The position numbers were made by a program, and so were the translations under genes. Below, in pieces: positions 39,701-45,312 of a stretch of DNA of 64,000 nucleotides (positions are counted from its first letter, which is position 1; every line of letters starts with the position of its first letter). Source of the stretch: Candidatus Falkowbacteria bacterium (lineage in GTDB: Bacteria > Patescibacteriota > Patescibacteriia > Patescibacteriales > WJLG01); assembly GCA_963747695.1 (NCBI GenBank), contig CAVVFV010000010.1:5618-69617 (forward strand). Direction: 5' to 3'. The notes beneath the pieces are model-generated. The model was not told the DNA's origin. It saw only the letters and a list, made by a program, of their open reading frames with translations, and searched no databases.

Positions 39701-42700
39701 GCCCTTTAATAATATTATCGGTAAAAGATTGGTCGCCAGCGCCGGGACGAAACAACACCGCGTAATTCCAGTCGGGTATGGGATAAGTCGTCCCCTCGAT
39801 CTGTAAGCCGTCGATAATCAAATAATCCGTATCGACATCAAAACCACTATCCCCGGCTTCAATCGTTAGCGAATCAGCACTGGGAGAAATGTGATATTTG
39901 GCCGGATCCCAAACCGCGCCGTGGCGCTGGCTCGCGCCGACTTCGGAAGATAAATATGGAGTATAGATGCGTAAATAATTTTTCGGTCCAGTTACCCAGC
40001 CGGCGGCAAAATTAACCGCCGTCGTGTCAGTAGCGTCGCCGTAACAGGCGATGTTCCAATATTCATTATTGGCGACCAGATCACGGCCCGAGCCGGCGAA
40101 GTTATCGCTCGACACGACCAGTGAAGGATTAGGATTACCGTTGACCGCGTCATTCAGAGAAGTATAAGCACGATAAATTTCCCATTTACTTTGATCGGAA
40201 ACGCCGACTGGCGTCTGGCCAAGATGATCTTTAATAGTATATTCGGTCGAAGAAATTCTGCCCTGGATGAAAACAATTTCGTCGCCTGAATCAATCGAGC
40301 CGTTACTGTTGGCATCGAATTCGATCGTGTCGCCCACGCCGACCTTGTCCGGCAGTGGCTCCGAGAAAGTCGCGGTGTCGCCCGAGATGGACAAAGTATT
40401 TTCCGCCGAACCGGAAACTAGTGCGCCAGTACTGCCCGGACCGACTGAGCGATAGATTGGCGTGGCGGTTGCCTGAACATATTCATCAGCGCCGATATCC
40501 CAAGCCGCACCTGGCGGACGGACTGTACCGGCAATATCATTATTGAAAGACAGATTAGGATCGGCGGAAAGATTGGCGCCCTGACCAATTGCCGGTGAGC
40601 CAGACTTGAGACGATAATCCGCGATAGCCGGATCTTTAAAAACAGTGGTCGAAGCGACATCGGACAAATCCAAACCGTTGGCATTGTGCGCTCCGTCGCC
40701 GTATTCGTAAAAAGACGGTGAAGAGCTGGCCCAGGCATCATGATCAGAATCTCCGGTAAAGACTCCGGTGTAATCAATGCGATTGCCCATCACCAAATCA
40801 TTTTTGGCATCGGCCATCTCCCAACCGGAATTGATTCCGCAATATGAATCGGAAATCGTATTATTATAAACGCTCGTCAGGCCCATATCCCAGACACCAT
40901 CCGATTGGTCGCCGCTAAAACCATAAATCAAATTATTATAAATACTCGTGCCGTCCTGAGCTACGGCGATGCCGGCAGAGTGCGCACTGGCCGGACTGCC
41001 GGACTTGATAATATCATCGCTGATGATTACCCCGCCCGCCGGCGCATTATCATCATCATAATCGATATTTATTCCGCCGCTATCGCCATTGTCGGATGTC
41101 TGCGGTGATTCGATCTGCAGGCCCTGAACCCTGACATAATTAGTGAATACATCGATTATATTAGTGCTTTCGTTTTCAGGACTGTCGCTGTTGCTATCGA
41201 TAATATTATATTTGCTTTCGTCCCACTTCCCCTGATGCCGCTGACTGACACCGACCTCGGAAGGAAGATATGGCGTATAGATCCTCAGATAATTATATTT
41301 ATCGGTGATCCAGCCATGCGTCTCGACTCCGCTACCGTCGTTGTCGTCCGGGGCATCGCCATAGCAAGCGACGTTCCAAATTTTATTTGACGCGGCGATA
41401 TTCTTTAGGCCAGCCTGATAATCGAATGGAACCATTATCGCTGAATCGGGTGTCAAATTAGGATTATCCGCCCAATAATCATTGAAGTTGCCAACCGCGT
41501 CAGCCAAAGAAGTGTAGGCGCGACGGATTATCCAGTGCTGAGAATCGATTACCGAAGTGGTTGTGGCCAGGCCGGCCGCAGTCTCTACAGAATATTGCGT
41601 ACTGGAAATCCTGCCGTCGATAAATAGAATCGTATCTCCGGAATCAATCGCATCATTGCCATTCGTATCGATTTCTAAAGCATCGCCGACACCGATGCGG
41701 TCAGGCAAAGGCGAAGTGAAAGTTATCGTGCCGGCGCTCAAAGTCAATAAATTATCGCTGCCGCCTTGCGCCAGCGCGGCGGTGTTTCCCGGACCGACCG
41801 AACGATAAATTTGCGCCGGGCTAGAAGTAACTAATTGATCCGCGCCGATGTCCCAGGTTGTGCCGCGGGACTGGCCGTCGATATCGGTTGAGAAAGATAA
41901 ACTCGGATCGGCGGACAGATCCGCGCCTTGACCGATGGCGGCGGTGTCGCCCGCCACCAGATGGAAATCATCATTGGCTGCGTCTGTAAAAGTTATCGCC
42001 GCATCATTCTGCGGATTGGAACCAGGCGCATCGGTTAATGTCGGGCCGGAAAGATTATTGGTGGAAGATGCTAGAAAATAAATCCCTTCTTCTCCGCCTC
42101 CTCTTCCATAGTTGACGAAATTATTATAAGCCAGATTATTTTTGGCGATATATTTTCCATTCTCGTCGATAAACCCCATGTTCGAATCGTAAACGGTATT
42201 ATTGTAGACATAGCAGCTGCCGACATCGCAATAAATGCCTCCGGCATAAGCATTACCGGCATAATTCAAAAAACCATAGACGATATTATTCCAGGCGTAA
42301 AGATCGAAATTATTGTCGGTTCCAGCAGCATCGTGTCGCTGAATGCCGTCCGAATTACTATTATAGTTCAACACTCCCCAAACTATATTATTGGAAACCC
42401 ATAATTTGCTGTTGGTTACGCCGGAATAATCATCACCGATGCCATCAACTTCATTGCCATTGGCAGGCGAAACAACTTTTACTTGCAGTCCGTCGATTTT
42501 GGCGAAAGGTCCAAGCACATCAATGCCTTCCACTTCCCCGCCGCCCGACGTTATTTCCAGACGATATTTATTAGTACTCCAAACACCTGAATGCCGTTGC
42601 GACAGATTTACTTCAGAAGCCGTGTCAAAAGGCGTGTAAATTCTCAAATAGTCGCTCGCACTGGTATTCCAATCGGAAACAGTGACAGCGGAAGTATCCG

Positions 42701-44432
42701 GTCCGGAATCGTAATAGCACGGGATATTCAAAATATAATTTCCGGCCACCAGATCGGAAGTGTTAAGATATTTTGCGCCGGAAGCGCCGGTAACAGCATC
42801 TTCCAAAGACGAGAAAGCATGCGAAATTTTTAAAACTTCAACGGAAGTTGTCGCCTCCGGCTCGCTGCCGGTGGCGGTGACCACGTCCCAAACGGTTTGC
42901 GACTGCTTGGCGGAAATATAAACTGTGGTGGTGGCGCCGGCATCGCCAAAAGAAATTTTATCGCCTACTCCCATATTAGTCGCCGTCTGGGCAACAGAGA
43001 AAGTGGCGACGCCGCCGGAAATGGTTACCGTCGGCGAGCCGGTTTTGTGATCATTGGTATTCTGACCAACGGAATAATAGATGCTGGTGGTGGCGTTCAC
43101 AAATTCATCCGCGCCGATATCCCAGGTACCGGTGCGGGCCTGGCCGTCGATGTCGGTATCAAATGCCAGATTAGTATCGGCGTGTAAATCCGCACCTTTG
43201 TCTATGGCATCAGTATCGGCAGAGACGAGATGAAAATTTTCTGTTCCTGCTCCAGTATTAACGAAAGTGAGCGTCTTACCTGTGTAATAAGTATTGAATG
43301 GTGGCGCAGTTCCGTCTTCAGAAAGATTGTTGGTGCTGGAAGAATTAAAAGAACCAGAATAATCAATGGTGTTATTGTAAGCGATGTTATTTTTGACAAT
43401 TACTTTCCCTCCACCATTATAAAGCACTCCTGTTCCACAACCATATACCGTATTATTGTAAATATAATCAGTGTCTGACGATGATCCGCCATAACTTATG
43501 CCAATACATTTAGTAGCGAAACCATAGACAATATTATTCCATACCTCGTAAGTAGTTTTATAAGCATAGTCATAATCAAAAGGAACTATCCCAAAAAGCC
43601 CACTTCGATTAGTGTTGGTTTGGCGAACAATGTTGTTAGAAATCTTTATAACACCCCCGTCAGATTGATTGTTTTCAGCCCACATTGCGCCATTATCACC
43701 GCCCCCAGTTCCAGTTAGTTCTATCTGAAGACCATCAATCCATAAAGATTTAACAGCAGAATAAATAACATGCCCTACGCTTTCAGGGGCGACAAGCCGG
43801 TATTTCCCCATATCCCATTTCCCTTCATGCCTTTGCGAACTGTTGGCTTCCGTCGAAGTATCATCAGGAGTATATATTTTAATATAATTATCCGCACCGG
43901 TCATGTAACCGCTAATCGTGACAGCGTTTGTATCTGCAGCGGAATCATAATAACAAGGGATATTTAAAATATAATTTCCGGTAACGAGATTGGAAGTATT
44001 AAGATAACTTACGCCGGAAGCGCCAGTGATAGCAGCCTCCAAAGAATTAAAAACGTGAGAAATTTTCAAGACTGTGGCCGAAGTTGTCGCAGTCGGCTGG
44101 CCGCCGGTTTTAGTTTCCACATTCCAAACGGTTTGTGATTGTTTGGCGGAAATATAAACTGTGGTGGTGGCGCCGGCATCACCATAAGAGATCTTGTCAC
44201 CCACACCCATATTACTAGCCGTTTGCGCTTCGGAAAAAGTGGCGACGCCGTCGGAAATCGTGATGGTCGGCGTGCCGGTCTTGTGGTCGGAAGTATTCTG
44301 ACCGACGGAATAATAGATATTGGTCGCGGCTTGCGCGGCTCCGGCCGGTAAAAAAATAAAAAAGAAAACAATAAAACCGCCAACGCAAAAAATTGGTGCG
44401 AAATAACGCCAGTTTGAACTTCCTTTAGTCAT
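24741..44432 (-). CDS. giant (6,563 aa) secreted modular protein: 11 parallel-beta-helix modules plus FN3, Ig-like, duplicated beta-sandwich, InlB-B-repeat-like and conserved C-terminal domains
   Basis: Uninterrupted 19,692-nt ORF. AGGAGG Shine-Dalgarno 5 nt before the ATG. N-terminal TM/signal 'FAPIFCVGGFIVFFFIFLPAGAAQA'. Each module ends in 'D[IL][DA]G..R....WD[IV]GA', as in choice-of-anchor-Q / pectate-lyase-like beta-helices. FN3-like 'ATI.W.T.E...S.V.YG......YHF' units are present. Confidence 0.9.
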   Translation of the reverse strand: MTKGSSNWRYFAPIFCVGGFIVFFFIFLPAGAAQAATNIYYSVGQNTSDHKTGTPTITISDGVATFSEAQTASNMGVGDKISYGDAGATTTVYISAKQSQTVWNVETKTGGQPTATTSATVLKISHVFNSLEAAITGASGVSYLNTSNLVTGNYILNIPCYYDSAADTNAVTISGYMTGADNYIKIYTPDDTSTEANSSQRHEGKWDMGKYRLVAPESVGHVIYSAVKSLWIDGLQIELTGTGGGDNGAMWAENNQSDGGVIKISNNIVRQTNTNRSGLFGIVPFDYDYAYKTTYEVWNNIVYGFATKCIGISYGGSSSDTDYIYNNTVYGCGTGVLYNGGGKVIVKNNIAYNNTIDYSGSFNSSSTNNLSEDGTAPPFNTYYTGKTLTFVNTGAGTENFHLVSADTDAIDKGADLHADTNLAFDTDIDGQARTGTWDIGADEFVNATTSIYYSVGQNTNDHKTGSPTVTISGGVATFSVAQTATNMGVGDKISFGDAGATTTVYISAKQSQTVWDVVTATGSEPEATTSVEVLKISHAFSSLEDAVTGASGAKYLNTSDLVAGNYILNIPCYYDSGPDTSAVTVSDWNTSASDYLRIYTPFDTASEVNLSQRHSGVWSTNKYRLEITSGGGEVEGIDVLGPFAKIDGLQVKVVSPANGNEVDGIGDDYSGVTNSKLWVSNNIVWGVLNYNSNSDGIQRHDAAGTDNNFDLYAWNNIVYGFLNYAGNAYAGGIYCDVGSCYVYNNTVYDSNMGFIDENGKYIAKNNLAYNNFVNYGRGGGEEGIYFLASSTNNLSGPTLTDAPGSNPQNDAAITFTDAANDDFHLVAGDTAAIGQGADLSADPSLSFSTDIDGQSRGTTWDIGADQLVTSSPAQIYRSVGPGNTAALAQGGSDNLLTLSAGTITFTSPLPDRIGVGDALEIDTNGNDAIDSGDTILFIDGRISSTQYSVETAAGLATTTSVIDSQHWIIRRAYTSLADAVGNFNDYWADNPNLTPDSAIMVPFDYQAGLKNIAASNKIWNVACYGDAPDDNDGSGVETHGWITDKYNYLRIYTPYLPSEVGVSQRHQGKWDESKYNIIDSNSDSPENESTNIIDVFTNYVRVQGLQIESPQTSDNGDSGGINIDYDDDNAPAGGVIISDDIIKSGSPASAHSAGIAVAQDGTSIYNNLIYGFSGDQSDGVWDMGLTSVYNNTISDSYCGINSGWEMADAKNDLVMGNRIDYTGVFTGDSDHDAWASSSPSFYEYGDGAHNANGLDLSDVASTTVFKDPAIADYRLKSGSPAIGQGANLSADPNLSFNNDIAGTVRPPGAAWDIGADEYVQATATPIYRSVGPGSTGALVSGSAENTLSISGDTATFSEPLPDKVGVGDTIEFDANSNGSIDSGDEIVFIQGRISSTEYTIKDHLGQTPVGVSDQSKWEIYRAYTSLNDAVNGNPNPSLVVSSDNFAGSGRDLVANNEYWNIACYGDATDTTAVNFAAGWVTGPKNYLRIYTPYLSSEVGASQRHGAVWDPAKYHISPSADSLTIEAGDSGFDVDTDYLIIDGLQIEGTTYPIPDWNYAVLFRPGAGDQSFTDNIIKGHNISESRGIALDNVAPGYKAQIANNIIYDFDEGIAVGQENGAYVTNVFIYNNTIVNNGNSLDAWQDTGQKINLTAKNNILFNNPDWYDASLATSTENNAVDSERHGDDFAAGLVDLTTACGGSACTAGDIFTDPADDDFRLKADSPVIDQGADLANDSEFSFNYDLAGITRPQGAAWDIGADEYVPITLNVYYSVGQNTDDHKTGSPTITISDGVATFSAAQTATNMGVGDKISYGDASATTTVYISAKQSNTVWNVITATGGEPEATTTAEVLKISHVFSSLANAVTGASGANYLNTTDLVGGDYVLNIPCYYDSGPDQTAVTISGWTTGEDNYLKIYTPNSTSTEVNVSQRHRGKWDNGKYNIVPPITETAENTILVEDSYTRIEGLQLKTPTYVFNYNRGIYVYNSDQSVVDVRISGNLITEGSGNTSGGRGINYSSTGSQHGYVFDNIIYGFDADQGIGLYLNSTSGTSSDVYANTITDCNQGINQGSTSNLFKNNLLYGNVTDYIGSFAAASSHNAYTVGSDPGGSDNLDLAGYAAVDVFADPSDDDFLLTKDSPAIDQGTDLSADLDLAFSVDVKNQTRTGAWDIGADEFSSSSVIVSAGKISRIASTVAGGGSDDSVTTLPINTTGATLLVVGLHVNQSTSTLSITDSLDNIWHPLKAYGNSNAGGFAQIWYAYNATTSAAQTFSVNAASNNWPALTVSAWSGTATGSDVFDAENGNTTTTSNTINTGSVTPAVNGELLISLLTNPYDDDANPQISDSFAISKEINNGNSMVGVMAYLVASTTDSIDPNWTVAGGMVQNSVAIAAFKPAENENETPATTTPAQIYRSVGPDNTDALASGDGSFTLTIDHGAATFSGGTLPDNAGVGDAIVYDSNDNGSLDSGDSIVFIMRRYSDSSYEVQTEDGATSTMVNVSNKQHWAVYRAYTSLGNAVDWNLIPNPSIPVSFDVSWSNLSDRDLVTPNWDWNIACYGDAVDSNVARVEGWVTNANDYVRIYTPYLPTEVGVSQRHAGKWDDSKYHLSPANVYPTNSNDIIYVGQNFTRIEGLQIRSTTAGTQWIDDIELRTDGNDGLAVQGIYVDDNILKEGGADSNSRLIEVALRSQTDYYDYIFNNLLYDSVNRLDIPGISIHGGDNDPVSSSTKIAIYNNTIVGMGDGIDDYLPGVTDYRLELKNNLIYDSSSWDFADDVVDGGTENNNAYTSWDHGYPGASDLDISGYASTSIFADPADQDFRLKPGSPVIGMGANLTDDSVLPLDSDFVSQARPASGVWDIGAQEFDYQIIPGATTATIIWQTADAESSQVDYGESTGYGLSSSSAAIVTLHTINLKGLSANTIYHFQIDSSIYGDQTFQTLDVSPPVITSFSIATSSSRLNVSITSLTATDDAGINGYLVSESSSTPVSDNPDWSATVPFTHNFLTGGHKNLYAWAKDFSGNISDRASTFVDITLTAPTQIYRSVGPGRTTALASSTESFTLTINNGAATFSGGSLPDNSGVGDAIVYDSNDNGSLDSGDSIVFIDHRNSDSSYGVQTEHGSSSTINITNASHWAVYRAYTSLWNAVGWYTAINTSIPVPFDNFPTDTDPNENNRDLVTPNSVWNVACYADAPDDKAEVDGWTVSARNYVNIFTPYLPSQVGVSQRANGKWDDSKYRIEPVSNTESLIIWRDYTRVEGLQIDDIGYDYDYGIGLQTDYDGYAQGVYLSDNIIKDSGPAQNTAHEEISAPVRSQADYYDYIFNNIIIAPAHSVNNYGILITAYGPGSKLAIDNNTVVNAFDGIVNDNGGTTDYLLKLKNNLVYGGTDSDYGVTIMGDDESTNNAYSIGADPGTNSVDLSSYASTTIFADPADDDYRLKAGSPVIGQGANLSADPDLAFDNDITGTVRPQGTAWDIGASEYQNTAINVYYSVGQNTDDHKTGSPTLNITDGIGTFSVAQTAVNMGVGDEVTYDTDQAAYISGKISTSQWTLVTATGGMPADVANATVNSIAHVFSSLENAVTGASDANHLDTNDLVAGNYILNIPCYYDSGPDTAAVYITGWTTGLSNYINIYTPDDIANQSNRSQRNNGKWDDEKFALTVTDDAVIDDAADFLKIDGLQLKTIDSNAYEASGFTTDGVDGGAHIWLSDNIIAGVVSGKSYGGSGISMNYYNNAGDPIRYFDVWNNIIYGFDNKDDGTGIAGNSGDATVVSRIYNNTVSDCGVGILNGSDTLEKNNISYGNRYDYYGNSINASSTNNAYANGNAPAVDALDLSSYPATAIFTDPLNNDFRLAAGSPVKGQGADLSADPELAFTDDITGAIRPAGEWDIGAVDYSFQVIRGNNSATIIWSTDEATSSLINYGTAESYGLSSSSAAVVTAHSITIKGLAPKTVYHFEMSGTTYGDQTFTSLDIVAPTITAFSIPAATYLLTVPLTFSASDDTGVTGYFVSESSSTPQLNDKKWSSTVPVSYAFSSFGFHKLYAWVRDADGNLSAPASSTVTITFSAPKPVYYSVGQNTDDHKTGNPTLTIASGVGTFSVAQTAADMGVGDKVTYDADQVAYISGKISTSQWTLTTATGATPADISGATVNSITHAFASLEDMVGGAADTDHLDTSDLVAGNYILNIPCYYDSGPDTSAVTIDGWNTGPSNYLKIYTPDNVATEVNLSQRHQGKWDDSKYNLQISGTDVSAISVQSVGYVKIEGLQIKSTFLGQYGCGLDRGNSVAGAAWFSDNIIWGVLTQDGYIEGIGAHDQDDNSTVYAWNNIIYGFGYAPYNSYQGGIYCDSGNCYAYNNTVYQSNGGVIAYGGNFAAKNNISYDNVTNYVGEDFTASSTDNLSGPTQSGAFGSDPQNDARITFVNANNGDFHLVASDTAAIGQGTNLSADSEIAFSTDIDGQTRGTSWDVGADQYVQATATPIYRSVGPGSTGALVSGSLANTLTISGSVATFSSALPDKIGVGDAIEFDANSNGIIDSGDEIVFIQGRISTTEYVVKDHLGQTPVGTSGQSKWEIYRSYVSLNDAVNGILNPSLVVPSDNFADSGRDLVANNEYWNIACYGDATDTAAVNFAAGWVTGPENYLRIYAPYLSSEVGVSQRHGAIWDPAKYHVSPNTNDSTISGSGVDYLIIDGLQIEGTSDLQSSGQNALGVSGAAGNHYILDNILKGHAIAQSFGIVSGSLAEGHRAYVINNLIYDFGAGLRIRGGEDVSTTDAFIYNDTFANNTYTYYNYAAEGSVINFTAKNNIFFGNPGELDASVSGSTNNAGNFNYYGEDFSTNLLDLNTACGGSACAAGDIFANPADDDYRLKAGSPVIGMGANLTSDPDYAFNSDLAGNSRPATGAWDIGADEYVATTTNVYYSVGQNTDDHKTGSPTLTISDGVGTFSVAQTATNMGVGDEVTYDTNNVAYIAGKISTTQWTLVTALGATPADISGASVDSIAHAFASLENAVSGSSGANYLDTSDLVAGNYILNIPCYYDSGPDTSAVTIDGWNTGSSNYINIYAPNNTTSQVNQTQRHSGKWDETKYALIDNNTQNELITVNSKFVRLDGLQTEIIRSGNAWATTYEIYPNDINSDIRVSDNISRANFTGLINGGTALSNSSWDSPANIKVWNSLFYDYSSANHNSYGFGLSDGNIYSYSNTLVNCDQSIFAEATGTIEAENNIVQNAISSGYSGNISGDYNISNLNDAPGAHSKDSATVSFISIANNDYHLSADDTTAIGAGINLSSDPYLPFSDDIDGQARGSVWDIGADQFVAPIILAIGTSTAGATATITWITDEAATSTVEYGLTDAYGNASSSDAFVTEHSITLRGLDVPATYHYRIKTTDADGSETVSADHTFTTFSTSIRLLASTGVIDSGDEGEGVTTPAINTTGASLIVVGLHVYNSTSTVSITDSMNNIWHHLKAYGTSAGGDNSGYNGYAQIWYAYHPTTSPEQTFSVNGASSNYPVLTVTAWSGIATDSDPYDTGNGSTTNSGNTISTGSVAPASAGELLISAFSSGDSNGTDFGIDSGFNISDSEHNWSDMDGAMAYYIAPDTDSYDPTWTVTGDVNNSAAIAVFRPADNNISSSSDITPPVITLTGTSTTADSATITWTTDEPATSSVSYGLDSGYGLASSSDSLETEHSITLRGLEADTIYHFQIGSTDAAGNRATSSDHTFTTAESGGGGPPSDNTPPTIDSFVVSSTSASLSVPIVLTASDDTGVTGYLVNEFSAIPSADDPEWRSTATTTYTFADAGSKTLYAWARDAAGNISASASAPVTVTLPTYTVGGSVSGLSGTVTLQNNGSDDLDLTSNGPYAFATALNDGAAYNVTVLNQPSGQLCSVDHYYGTIAGAAVSDINISCEDISAPLVIYQISSSTTAYTATISWLTNVAADSAVNYGPDENYGSVSSSTPSSTSNSVTLSGLTPNNIYHFQIIADDSSGDSATTTDFTFQTALSPYTLAYSAGANGSILGNSNQSVAPGADGAAVTAEPIAGYHFTLWSDSSTANPRKDLNVAGNISVSAGFAINTYTITASSSSYGTIAPSGITTKNYGESQGYTVTATTGYHVTGILVDSVLVSTSSTYIINNIQANHVVSAAYASDAGADTYVIGGRVSGLSGTVILQNNGGDNLIISANGVFNFATELDDAAGYNVTVLTNPGSQTCTISSGQGIVADADVNNILVSCATVHNSGNGSGSGGGGGGGGGGASAPVKPPDTTPPGLVSNLFATSSDGQITLSWTNPSDSDFAGVKIYHKLGSPLSGYTDPLASVIYLGNAQKFVDSGLSNGQTYYYSIYSYDNNLNYSTARTTAATAGSGQATVVTPVDILPPSVVVPASGSSSGGVVTSLIGASSAVVNQVTADEADTLLANAQYVALPAVELSVYQRVIALATAPLTAQEKITIAYFIHVGTPTTHILGAGERGGSVSSFQSAYGYLPVTLADWQDVLKIGNGRWPTKQSPGAIKTAQESFKTIYGRPANMNNTYDNNAVTIMAYGLRPAQRNQTNEKIAIKAYYYFFKHNPVTARAWDAVRAIAYSGAKR
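28545..44330 (-). repeat. 11 tandem ~400-450-aa beta-helix modules inside the giant ORF
   Basis: Module-terminal WD[IV]GA codons lie near 43126, 41855, 40503, 39173, 37937, 35883, 34040, 32804, 31083, 29774 and 28565. Two N-terminal flavours occur: 'IYYSVGQNT.DHKTG' (modules 1, 2, 5, 8, 9, 11) and 'IYRSVGPG' (modules 3, 4, 6, 7, 10). Confidence 0.85.
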
Positions 44433-44457
44433 TTTTCCTCCTCTTAATCCTTCAATA

Positions 44458-44466
44458 ATTATAGCA
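44458..44466 (-). promoter_or_regulatory. extended -10 promoter element (TGcTATAAT) upstream of the giant ORF
   Basis: Minus-strand 'TGCTATAAT' about 26 nt upstream of the giant-gene ATG. No good -35. Lies just downstream of the ndk terminator. Confidence 0.45.
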
Positions 44467-44505
44467 CAATTTTGGCTGAATTGCTGTGGAAAAATTGATC
44501 AATTT

Positions 44506-44543
44506 TTTTAAACAAAAACCGCCGCTTTAATAAGGCGGCGGTT
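44506..44543 (-). terminator. intrinsic terminator after ndk
   Basis: Stem aaccgccgc/gcggcggtt followed by TTTTGTTT on the minus strand. Confidence 0.7.
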
Positions 44544-44559
44544 AAAAAAAATCCCCTGT

Positions 44560-45171
44560 TTATTCCTTGATCCCGTCCAGATTCACGTCATACAACATTC
44601 CGTCTTGGATACTGTTATATTCCAATAATTCTTCATCTTTGAACCAAATCTTAATTTCCTTGGCCGATTCGATCGGGTTGCCGGAAGCGTGGATCAGATT
44701 GCGCACTGAGCGCTGGTCGATATCAGCCGCCTGATAAGAATCAATGGTAAAATCGCCGCGGATCGTGCCGACATCGCTCGAAAGCGGTTCGGTTCCGCCG
44801 GTAATCTTACGAACAATGGCGCAGGCTTGAGCGCCTTCCCAAACCATGCAGAACACCGGTCCGGCCGACAAATATTTGGCGTTGGCTTTCAAAACCGCCC
44901 AGCCGTTATCTTTGTTGGTCTTGTAAGGCGATTCCATCCCCTTCTTTTCATAAGCAGCCCGGGCTTTGGCGCCGACTGATTCCAGCCATTCATCCCCGCC
45001 GACTTCATGATAATGCTTGATGGCGAACTCTTCCGTCGGGATGATCATTTTCGCCCCAACCAATTTCAAACCGGTCCGCTCATAACGGCTGATGATCTCA
45101 CCGACCAGCGAGCGCTGCACGCCGTCCGGCTTAATGATAACCAAAGTTCTTTCTCGTTTGACGATAGCCAT
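44560..45171 (-). CDS. ndk: nucleoside-diphosphate kinase (long form)
   Basis: 203 aa. 'ERTLVIIKPDGVQRSLVGEIISRYE', 'NLIHASG'. It carries insertions relative to the usual ~140-150 aa. Confidence 0.85.
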   Translation of the reverse strand: MAIVKRERTLVIIKPDGVQRSLVGEIISRYERTGLKLVGAKMIIPTEEFAIKHYHEVGGDEWLESVGAKARAAYEKKGMESPYKTNKDNGWAVLKANAKYLSAGPVFCMVWEGAQACAIVRKITGGTEPLSSDVGTIRGDFTIDSYQAADIDQRSVRNLIHASGNPIESAKEIKIWFKDEELLEYNSIQDGMLYDVNLDGIKE

Positions 45172-45257
45172 AAAATTATAATTAGTTAAAAAAATAATTG
45201 GTTCAAAACCAATCGACTTCCACTGCTAATATATTAGATGAAAAAAAGTAAAAATGC

Positions 45258-45290
45258 AAGAAAAAAGCCCGACCGTTATAAGGTCGGGCT
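45258..45290 (-). terminator. intrinsic terminator after purF
   Basis: 9-bp stem agcccgacc/ggtcgggct followed by TTTTTT on the minus strand. Confidence 0.75.
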
Positions 45291-45312
45291 TATTAAAAGA
45301 CCAAAACATACT

